Source: Promethearchaeota archaeon
Lineage (GTDB): Archaea; Asgardarchaeota; Heimdallarchaeia; Hodarchaeales; Hodarchaeaceae
Direction: 5' to 3'
Assembly: GCA_048938105.1 (NCBI GenBank)
Contig: JBHLMN010000018.1
Location: 32,001 to 96,000 of the forward strand
Length of the DNA stretch: 64,000 nt
Shown here piece after piece: positions 50,160 through 58,334 of the stretch; the first letter of the stretch is position 1, and each line of letters begins with the position of its first letter. The notes beneath the pieces were generated by a model. It searched no databases. It saw only the letters and a program-made list of their open reading frames with translations, and was not told where the DNA came from. The position numbers and the translations under genes are program-made.

Positions 50160-51887
50160 TTACTGATCTATCTGATTTCTTAACCTTTTTCTAAGGATTC
50201 TCCAATTAAGCACAACACATACCCCCCAGAGAAACCCCAAAACGGAAAAGGAGGCCTGGGTCGCCGTGGAGGAGGAAGGCTCAGGGGATGTCGAGGAAGG
50301 CTCAGGGTCGACAAAAACGAGCACCGTATCGTGGGTTGAGTGGTTTCCTTCATCCATGAGAACCAAGGTAAGATTATGGGTGCCTGTAGATAACCAATCT
50401 AAGGTAATAGTGAGATCAGTCGGACGCCAATACTTATCGAACGTGTGGGCACCCGATTCAATGGGTTTACCATCAAGATAGAGCGTGTATGACCCAGGCA
50501 TGGTGTACCTGGTGCGGAAATTATACCAGGTCTGCCAAATGAGGTTCACAGGGTCGTTAGAGCGGACATGTAGATCAGGGGGCGCGCTGAGGATGGGGGT
50601 CAGGCGAAAGCGCTCCATCCGATAGACCCCGTACACAAACTCTTCTGAGTTGTTGAAATCCATTTCCCAAACAATATCTCCCTCATTATTTACCTCAACT
50701 AATCTTACACCAATTATACCTGGACGTCTTATTACACCAAACGTTCCAAGGCGATTACCGTTGGGGAGGCGATCAGCATCCCCCCAATAAGGACTATAGT
50801 ATTCAGCAGGAGCGCTCCAGCTCCAGGTCTCGTTGGCGGTCATGGTGGTCTCGTTAATGGTGAATTCCAAGATCTGGGATCGCCTATGTTCAGGGTTGGT
50901 CTGGTTATGCAGGTCATTGTCGAACAGGATGAACGTGTGGTCACCGACCTTCTCTACGGCGTGCGCATGGTAAAAGAGGTTGGTTCGCTCCCTCCCATAG
51001 CGATCAAAGAGGGTAAAGTTCCCGTACTCCCCTAGCCCCCATAGCACCTTCCCCGTTTTGTGATCGATCTTGTAGAATGTGTTCACATTGCGCATATTAC
51101 AGTACAAAACGTCTTCCTCAGGATCCGAAAAAAGCGAATTGGTATGAGTGATATCACGTAGGCCTCTATTTAGATCCTTGAATGGGCACCACTGGGTATG
51201 GGAAATAAAAGAGTCTGTGTCTAAGGACCATACCAATTGACTCGACATATCATACTCCTCGATTCTGTCATAAACGTACTTAACTTCATTAATTTCCTTA
51301 ATATATACTTGTAATGTGAGAAATGTATTATTAGCATGATTATATTCATACTCGTGATGTCCATAAAAATTAAATATCATGGTTTGATCATTATAAACAT
51401 TCCACAAAGCTAAACCATCAGATTCCCCCATAATGACAGTTGTGGAATTAATAAACTCCACATTCTGACTCTGCGATGCTCCGATTTCACTATCGTTAAA
51501 AGTTTTCTCTATGAATATCTCTCCATTCATATCAGTGATAAAAAGAACACGCTGCCTGAAATTGGGATCAGCTGGTTTACGTAATCTAAGAACAAATAAA
51601 TTATAACCGTCAAAGACATTTCCAAAGAAGCTAACATTCAGAACCTCCTCTAGATAACTGTTATTCCACAATTGAAGGATTTTGTATAATAATTTACTTT
51701 CTGGATCTTCTTGTGGATCATAAAAGTTTTTATTTTCCATCTGAGGTTGATTAATGACTAATGTGACCATTAGATCACCTGTGTAAGTAAATAATGAGTT
51801 AGAAACAGAACTTGAACCTGAAATCAACAACAGAAAAAAAAATAAAATCATGTTTTTAGTCCTAAACCAAACCATAAATTTTCCCAA
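50160..51887 (-). CDS. Arylsulfotransferase (ASST) family, secreted and C-terminally anchored
   Basis: GHHE, DITHTNSL, RNVNTFYKID..TG.V.W..G, HAH, FDND, WGDADRLPNGN; Ser/Thr linker + TM + basic tail. Confidence 0.88.
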   Translation of the reverse strand: MGKFMVWFRTKNMILFFFLLLISGSSSVSNSLFTYTGDLMVTLVINQPQMENKNFYDPQEDPESKLLYKILQLWNNSYLEEVLNVSFFGNVFDGYNLFVLRLRKPADPNFRQRVLFITDMNGEIFIEKTFNDSEIGASQSQNVEFINSTTVIMGESDGLALWNVYNDQTMIFNFYGHHEYEYNHANNTFLTLQVYIKEINEVKYVYDRIEEYDMSSQLVWSLDTDSFISHTQWCPFKDLNRGLRDITHTNSLFSDPEEDVLYCNMRNVNTFYKIDHKTGKVLWGLGEYGNFTLFDRYGRERTNLFYHAHAVEKVGDHTFILFDNDLHNQTNPEHRRSQILEFTINETTMTANETWSWSAPAEYYSPYWGDADRLPNGNRLGTFGVIRRPGIIGVRLVEVNNEGDIVWEMDFNNSEEFVYGVYRMERFRLTPILSAPPDLHVRSNDPVNLIWQTWYNFRTRYTMPGSYTLYLDGKPIESGAHTFDKYWRPTDLTITLDWLSTGTHNLTLVLMDEGNHSTHDTVLVFVDPEPSSTSPEPSSSTATQASFSVLGFLWGVCVVLNWRILRKRLRNQIDQ

Positions 51888-52240
51888 GTTACAATCATTA
51901 TTTACAGCAATTATTTTAATTTCTTATGAGATATCTAGTCAATAGCCATTCTTGTTTTTATAAAAATACATCGAATCAATTATATTTTAGCTAATTTCTA
52001 ACATTATAGCAATTTTAGAGTTAATATTGCTTAAGAAAAGGCTTTTTGTTTGATTCTGAGGGTGAAATTCTGGTAATTAAAACACTCCAAATACTTTTGG
52101 AAATGTTTATTTCAGATATTGATAAATCAGCTCTTAATATGTTACTTAAATAAATGAAATACGCAATTAATATTCTGAAAAATTAAAAAAACACTATCGA
52201 TTTTTAGTAAAATCAATAATCAGTCTGGGGCTAATCGAAG

Positions 52241-52459
52241 ATGACGTCTGCTAAAACAGTTACAATTCCAGGGGATATAATAGAAAACATTCGAAAGCGG
52301 ATTAAAAAGAGTGCTTTCTCAACAGAAGAAGACTTTATAATATTTGTTTTAAGAATCCTTATGGAAGATAAGAATAAAAATTCAACTAATTCCGAGCCAT
52401 TTTCCGAGGAGGAGGAAGAACGTGTCATGGAACGATTACGTGGGTTAGGTTATCTATAG
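52241..52459 (+). CDS. Small CopG/RHH-like protein ending in RLRGLGYL
   Basis: VTIP......I.KRI....FS...DFI..VLR N-terminus; EEEEERVMERLRGLGYL tail of the kind found on sulfatase/sulfotransferase-associated proteins. Confidence 0.8.
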   Translation: MTSAKTVTIPGDIIENIRKRIKKSAFSTEEDFIIFVLRILMEDKNKNSTNSEPFSEEEEERVMERLRGLGYL

Positions 52460-52492
52460 ATTATTGATAACAAGGATATAAAATTGGTAGTG

Positions 52493-52849
52493 ATGTCAGA
52501 AAATAGATGACTATCTAAATCTACAATTATTCCTTTTTCAATTAGAATTTTCATTCCTAAAAAATAGGCTTTAACATACCTCTTAGTATTGTCAATTCTT
52601 CCTCTTTCTCTCTCTAATAAGTATGCAGACTAATCACAAACAAATAAATTTATAGTTGAACTAAGTGATCAACAGAAAATTACCCCTGATGGTTTATCTT
52701 ATCATATAGTCAACCTGATAAAAAACACGACAAATCCGATTCAAGCTGACATAATCTCATCATACAACGCGTTTGAAGGATATAATCTGTTTGTTCTTAA
52801 CAAAAAAAATAGAAATAATCCTTCTTTAGGGGATAGTTCTCATGATTAA
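52493..52849 (+). pseudogene. Degenerate 5' fragment of an arylsulfotransferase paralog
   Basis: One frame reads MSENR*...KK*ALTYLLVLSILPLSL..D*...NAFEGYNLFVL, matching NVFDGYNLFVL of 50160..51887; three internal stops, then truncation. Confidence 0.7.
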
Positions 52850-52989
52850 TTGGAGAAGGGATAAGAAATTTTAAAATGATATTTTTTTGACGAAACTGTT
52901 TCAATATAGCGTTTGATTAATTAATACACTTACACAATTATATTAATAGTGTTCAATTCATTAACCATAAAATTATACAAAAAATATAT

Positions 52990-54138
52990 GTGATAAATGA
53001 CATGATTAAACTTAAGAAACAAAAATCAAGCAAATACAAAGAGTTCGACTTTCCAGCTCCAATGTACTTTATCGTGAAGTTTTTTCATGAATTCTCATTT
53101 CTCGCAAATGTTGTGCACACAGTTGAATCATTCCATCTGAAGAAAAGAATTGATAAGATTAATATCGACAAACCAATATATATAATAGGACTAGCGAGAG
53201 CTGGAACGACAATTACTCTTGAAATGCTCAACAAGCATCCCGATGTGGCTGCGCATAGATATTTACACATGGTTTTACCTTATACACCACATTGGACTCA
53301 AAAGGTCGCAGATTATACCCCTATAATGACATCTCCAGTAGAACGACTCCATAAAGATAGAATAGCAGTCACTCGAGATAGTCCCGAGGCAGTTGAGGAA
53401 ATATTCTGGCAAAAATTTTTTAAGGATACTCATGATGAAGCTCGTTCCAACATCCTTGATAATCTGGTTCAGAACCTACCTTTCGAATTTTTTTATCAAG
53501 ATCATATAAAAAAATTACTTATTAATCGAAAAGCAACTCGCTATTTAGCCAAAAACAATTATAACGTAGCTAGAATGGAATATCTACATAAATTATTTCC
53601 TGACTTAAAATTTATCATTATTATTCGGAATCCTTTTGATCATATCGCTTCTCTAGCCAAACAAGACAGAATTTTAAAAGAACTGGAATATGAAGATCCC
53701 CGATTACTGGATTGGACTAAGATAATCGGACATAGAGAATTCGGGACAGCGAAAGTTTGTATTAATTTTGATAATCCCAAGATAATTGAAAGAATTAGGG
53801 GTTTATGGAATCAAAAAGAGACATACATGGAAGGATGGGCTGTTTACTGGGCAGAAACTTATTCATATATTCATAAAAAATTGCAAACAAATCCAAATCT
53901 AGCTAAAGCAAGTCTAATAGTTCGTTATGAAGATCTTTGCGAAAAATCTGAGATAACGATTGATAGAATCATCGACCATATAGAAGTGGATCCGAAAAAA
54001 TTTCTCAAGATAAAAAAACTATATTCCAAACGTTTAAGAAAGCCTACTTATTATATAGCTAAATTTACTAATAAAGAACAAGAGAAAATAATTCAAATAA
54101 CAGGGAAAATTGCCAAAAAGTTTGGATATGTTTTCTAA
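52990..54138 (+). CDS. PAPS-dependent sulfotransferase (Sulfotransfer_3-like)
   Basis: 5'-PSB IIGLARAGTT, 3'-PB IIRNPFD..S, VRYEDL. Confidence 0.9.
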   Translation: MINDMIKLKKQKSSKYKEFDFPAPMYFIVKFFHEFSFLANVVHTVESFHLKKRIDKINIDKPIYIIGLARAGTTITLEMLNKHPDVAAHRYLHMVLPYTPHWTQKVADYTPIMTSPVERLHKDRIAVTRDSPEAVEEIFWQKFFKDTHDEARSNILDNLVQNLPFEFFYQDHIKKLLINRKATRYLAKNNYNVARMEYLHKLFPDLKFIIIIRNPFDHIASLAKQDRILKELEYEDPRLLDWTKIIGHREFGTAKVCINFDNPKIIERIRGLWNQKETYMEGWAVYWAETYSYIHKKLQTNPNLAKASLIVRYEDLCEKSEITIDRIIDHIEVDPKKFLKIKKLYSKRLRKPTYYIAKFTNKEQEKIIQITGKIAKKFGYVF

Positions 54139-54188
54139 TCATATCCTAAAAGTTAAATTTATATTATTACTTCAAAGATGACGCTCTT

Positions 54189-56315
54189 ATGCGGAAATCA
54201 GTGAAAATCCTCCTAATTGCCAGTGTAATCATTGTTATCATTAGTATTCCAATAATCTTTATTATTTCTAACGTTTTGAGAATGGGGCAAAAACCTCCAC
54301 CATTTACTTTAGATAATGCTCCGGAACAAATCATCATTTCCCGAAATGATATAAGAAAGAAATTAGAAAATAATACCTTTTCTTTGGAGGAAGACAGCCA
54401 GATATTCCTTGATTTTAGCCAATGGATGGCAAATAATTGTCCTGATATACTAAACTTAGTCAAGAATTGGAAACAAACAGTCCTATTTGAAATTAAAAAC
54501 TCTACCTATGATATGTGGTGGATAATTGGAAATAATTCAGCTATTGTGGAAGTAGGTACAAATCCACCTCAAAATTACGGGCTGCTTATTAAATTAGACT
54601 TCAAAACCTTCACTGAAATACTCAGACAAGAGGAAACACCATTATCAGCTTTTCTGAAAGGGAATTTGATATATGAAGGTTCTTTTGATGAAGCGCTCAA
54701 AGTTGCTGAAATTACTAATATTGTAAGTGCAACTGTAATGGACACCTATACCCCAGCTATTCTAGGTGGGCCCACTTTTAAAATAACAGTAGATAAGAGT
54801 GAGCTATATGAAGAGGAGGGATTAACCCTCTTTCCATGCATTAGTGTCACCATTAATCCTGATCACATTGGAAAACTGCATAAATCTCTGATAGGACAGG
54901 GTTCTGTCATAATAGTGGACCAAAGAGGGAAGATAGTTGCAAAACTTGAAGATTCTTCACATTCAGTACATGAATTCATCAATTCAACTACTGTTATGAT
55001 GGGTGGACAAGAGCCTGGATATATGCAATTATGGAACTTCAAAGAGAATATTACTGAAACACTAGAAGTACCATGTGGACACCATGATCTTGATTATAAT
55101 CCAGTCTCGGACACTTTTATGGTGTTAGAGTACATCTATTTAAAGGAGAAATGGGGTAAAGACAATATCACTGTTACTTATGACCTTCTATCGGAATATA
55201 ATAGGGCGGGAGAGCTAGTGTGGCAATGGGATCCCAGTATTTTTTTCCCTTTCAACGCTACACGTTATACAAGCTTGGGTTTAAATGAAACGTTCCGCGG
55301 TGGAGCAGATTGGATGCATTCTAATAGCTTTGTCTGGGATAAGACACTTAAGGTCATTTACTTAAATGTTCGCAATCTTGACACGATCTTGAAGATTAAT
55401 TATACTACTAAAGAGGTGATTTGGGATGCTGGTCGTGGAGGGGACTTCACTTTACTTAACAAAGTAGGAGAAGAAGTAGATACTCTCTTCTGTCATCCTC
55501 ATGGTTTTGAACGGATAAGCTCTGATAGGTACATCTTATTTGATAATGACTTGTTTAATCAATCCAATCCATCTACTATGTCAATAGAAAACTCTACTGG
55601 ACACTCAAGGTTCTTAGAATTTGAAATAGACGAAGAAAACCATATTATGAGAGAGATTTGGTCATGGGTACCTTCAAATCAATCTTACTATTTCCCCGAA
55701 TCAGGAGGGGATGCGGACCGTTTACCAAATGGAAATACTATAGGGATTTTTGGAGATAAGGCTTTAATTCTCAATTTACGCGATCCAGTGATTCTTACAG
55801 AAGTAACCAAAAATGGAACAATTGCTTGGGAATTACAAATACCAGGAATGAATAACACTTTCTTCTGGGTGCACCGATTAGAGAGATTTTATGCAAAACC
55901 ACTTATTACCATTCATGATCAATCTATTGATTTAAGTGATGGATTTCTATGGATTAATCTTTCGACATGGAATACTTTTAAACAAGATGCAACCTTTCAA
56001 GGTATAATAAAAATAGTTGCGGATGGACAAGAGGTTTCTCAGGAATCATTTGAATTTCTGCCTCATTGGCAACCAACAACTTTCGAAATAACAGTCAATA
56101 ATCTCCCATCCAATGCAAAAGCTGTTGAAATCATTATCGAAAACAATGATGGGATCAGAAATTCTGTTATTATTTATGAAAAATCACAAAACGTCCTTCT
56201 TTCATATGGCCCAGTTCTATTCCTTATAGGAAGTGTATTGGTTGCTATTCCTGTTGTTATTGCATATGTGAAAATTAAAAGAAAGCGCGATATCCTAGAA
56301 CAGAATACTGAATGA
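54189..56315 (+). CDS. SCP2 sterol/lipid-binding domain fused to arylsulfotransferase, with N- and C-terminal TMs
   Basis: SCP2 pattern LIKLDFKTFTEIL....P..AFLKGNL..EG....AL; ASST motifs GHHD, DWMHSNS, HPH, FDND, GDADRLPNGN. Confidence 0.82.
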   Translation: MRKSVKILLIASVIIVIISIPIIFIISNVLRMGQKPPPFTLDNAPEQIIISRNDIRKKLENNTFSLEEDSQIFLDFSQWMANNCPDILNLVKNWKQTVLFEIKNSTYDMWWIIGNNSAIVEVGTNPPQNYGLLIKLDFKTFTEILRQEETPLSAFLKGNLIYEGSFDEALKVAEITNIVSATVMDTYTPAILGGPTFKITVDKSELYEEEGLTLFPCISVTINPDHIGKLHKSLIGQGSVIIVDQRGKIVAKLEDSSHSVHEFINSTTVMMGGQEPGYMQLWNFKENITETLEVPCGHHDLDYNPVSDTFMVLEYIYLKEKWGKDNITVTYDLLSEYNRAGELVWQWDPSIFFPFNATRYTSLGLNETFRGGADWMHSNSFVWDKTLKVIYLNVRNLDTILKINYTTKEVIWDAGRGGDFTLLNKVGEEVDTLFCHPHGFERISSDRYILFDNDLFNQSNPSTMSIENSTGHSRFLEFEIDEENHIMREIWSWVPSNQSYYFPESGGDADRLPNGNTIGIFGDKALILNLRDPVILTEVTKNGTIAWELQIPGMNNTFFWVHRLERFYAKPLITIHDQSIDLSDGFLWINLSTWNTFKQDATFQGIIKIVADGQEVSQESFEFLPHWQPTTFEITVNNLPSNAKAVEIIIENNDGIRNSVIIYEKSQNVLLSYGPVLFLIGSVLVAIPVVIAYVKIKRKRDILEQNTE

Positions 56316-56353
56316 GAAGGTCTTTCTACTATAGTTTTTTTTCTTCCATCTTT

Positions 56354-58033
56354 TCAATTTGTTCGCTTTCGAAATAACAAGATTAACGAAAATCCACTTA
56401 AAAGTGAAATAAGTGGAAAATTACTTGCATTTGGATTACTGGTGCCATCAGAACCGGTTTCAGATGTCTGTGCGGATGATTCTGTTGATGAGGGTCTTGA
56501 ACGGAGTTCTATTGTTACTGTGTCTTTTGCACGATTTCCAAAGATATCATCAAGTACTAAAACAATTTCAACGGTTTCATTCTTATCAGTCAATCCCAAT
56601 TTGTAAGAGACCGATGATTCTTCCCATGAGCTTTGTTCCACCATTATATTCTCGACAGAAACAGAATAGTTCCATGGATTAAGATCGTATACTTCCCAGG
56701 ATATTTGAACAGTCTTCTGATCCGACCATACCCAAAAATCGTCTGGACCAGTTATTTGAGGGAGATCAGTCTCATAATCAGGTTGGTTGTAATAGATGGC
56801 TTCAATCGCGTCTAATTCAACGTTTTTTTCTTCAGAAATACATTCGATCCAAATATACCTAGCAGATGTAAGCCCAACTGCTGATAGATCGAAGCTTTGA
56901 TTACCACTCCCAGTTCCTAGGATAACAAAGGGACTAGTGAAATTGTTACCAACTCGAACAAGGTAATCACCATCTCCAGCGATAACTGTAAAGTCTGATC
57001 CAGTTCCATTTATAATTTCTTGATTTAATCCCATATCCAAGACAAGATACCCATTTCCATAATCTATGTAAATTACAGCAAGTTTATCATCGGGGGAACC
57101 AAGTGCATTCTCACCATAAAGATACCAAGTAGAAAGTCCTTCTAGAAACCAATTTGCATAAGCATCAAGATAACCTGATGGAGGCTTTGAGCGAAGTTCT
57201 ATTGTTACTGTGTCTTTTGCACGGTTTCCAAAGATATCATCAAGTATTAAAGTAATTTTAAGAGAATTATTTCTATTCATTAAATCCAAATTGTATGTAA
57301 TTAGAGATTCTTCCCATGGGAGCTGTTCTACTGTTATATTCTCGACAGAAATAGAATAGTTCCATGGATTAAGATCGTATACTTCCCAGGATATTTGAAC
57401 AGTCTTCTGATCCGACCACACCCAAAAATCGTCTGGACCAGTTATTTGAGGGAGATCAGTCTCATAGTCAGGTTGGTTGTAATAAATGGCTTCAATCGCA
57501 TCAAGTTCAACAGTTTCTTCAGAAATACATTCGATCCAAACATACCTTGCAGAGATAAGCCCAACTGTTGAGAGATCGAAGCTTTGATTACCACTCCCAG
57601 TTCCTAGGATAACAAAGGGACTAGTGAAATTGTTACCAACTCGAACAAGGTAATCACCATCTCCAGCGATAATTGTAAAGTCTGATCCAGTTCCATTTAT
57701 GATTTCTTGCCTAAAATCCATATCTAAGACAAGATACCCATTACCATAATCTTGGTAAATCAAAGCATAATTATTATCAGGGGGACCAAGTGCATTCTCA
57801 CCATAAAGATACCAGGTGGAAAGTCCTTCAATAATGTAATTTGCATAAGCATCAAGATAATTTTTCACTGATTGAACGCAAATAATGTCTTTAAATGAAC
57901 TATACTCAATATCGGGTTGCTCTGCGACTTGTATTTTCGTCAATGAATCAATAGAATTTAACTGAATTAAGCCAACACTAGTGAAAAAAATCAAAAAGAA
58001 TCCTATTGTTATATGCATAGATTTGATTTGCAT
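56354..58033 (-). CDS. Surface protein with a recent tandem internal duplication and CTERM anchor
   Basis: Signal peptide; two ~230-aa units (ALG.PD / GSDFT / ELDAIEA domain + Ig-like domain); S/T linker, SNF + TM + RKR. Confidence 0.85.
   Translation of the reverse strand: MQIKSMHITIGFFLIFFTSVGLIQLNSIDSLTKIQVAEQPDIEYSSFKDIICVQSVKNYLDAYANYIIEGLSTWYLYGENALGPPDNNYALIYQDYGNGYLVLDMDFRQEIINGTGSDFTIIAGDGDYLVRVGNNFTSPFVILGTGSGNQSFDLSTVGLISARYVWIECISEETVELDAIEAIYYNQPDYETDLPQITGPDDFWVWSDQKTVQISWEVYDLNPWNYSISVENITVEQLPWEESLITYNLDLMNRNNSLKITLILDDIFGNRAKDTVTIELRSKPPSGYLDAYANWFLEGLSTWYLYGENALGSPDDKLAVIYIDYGNGYLVLDMGLNQEIINGTGSDFTVIAGDGDYLVRVGNNFTSPFVILGTGSGNQSFDLSAVGLTSARYIWIECISEEKNVELDAIEAIYYNQPDYETDLPQITGPDDFWVWSDQKTVQISWEVYDLNPWNYSVSVENIMVEQSSWEESSVSYKLGLTDKNETVEIVLVLDDIFGNRAKDTVTIELRSRPSSTESSAQTSETGSDGTSNPNASNFPLISLLSGFSLILLFRKRTN
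56498..57860. repeat. Tandem ~690-bp direct repeat (about 56498-57173 and 57188-57860)
   Basis: Long identical DNA tracts; offset changes from 690 to 687 because of a one-codon indel (EEKNVE vs EETVE). Confidence 0.95.
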
Positions 58034-58334
58034 AATCTTTCATTCCTAGGAATTATTCATCGCAAACCACTTTTTGTTACTCACTTCATATTAATTTCTA
58101 GAGTGGTTTGATTCATAAGCAGTTTTTCTTCCTCTCAACAAATTATGAAAACTGAAAAAATCAGGAATTTATAGAAAATCATCTTATCCCCTCCAGTTTT
58201 TTGGATTTAAAGAAAGATCTAATTCTATATGGATTTTTTGCGGATTTTTATTTCAGGGTGGTTTAAAAATCATTACTAGGAATGAAAAAGTACATGTTTA
58301 CACTAATCCATAGTTAAAGTATAGGTGAATTTAA

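Noticed and set aside
52493-52849. Stop-codon readthrough (Sec/Pyl or alternative code)
   Set aside because: Three different stop codons plus truncation indicate decay, and neighbouring genes use all three stops normally
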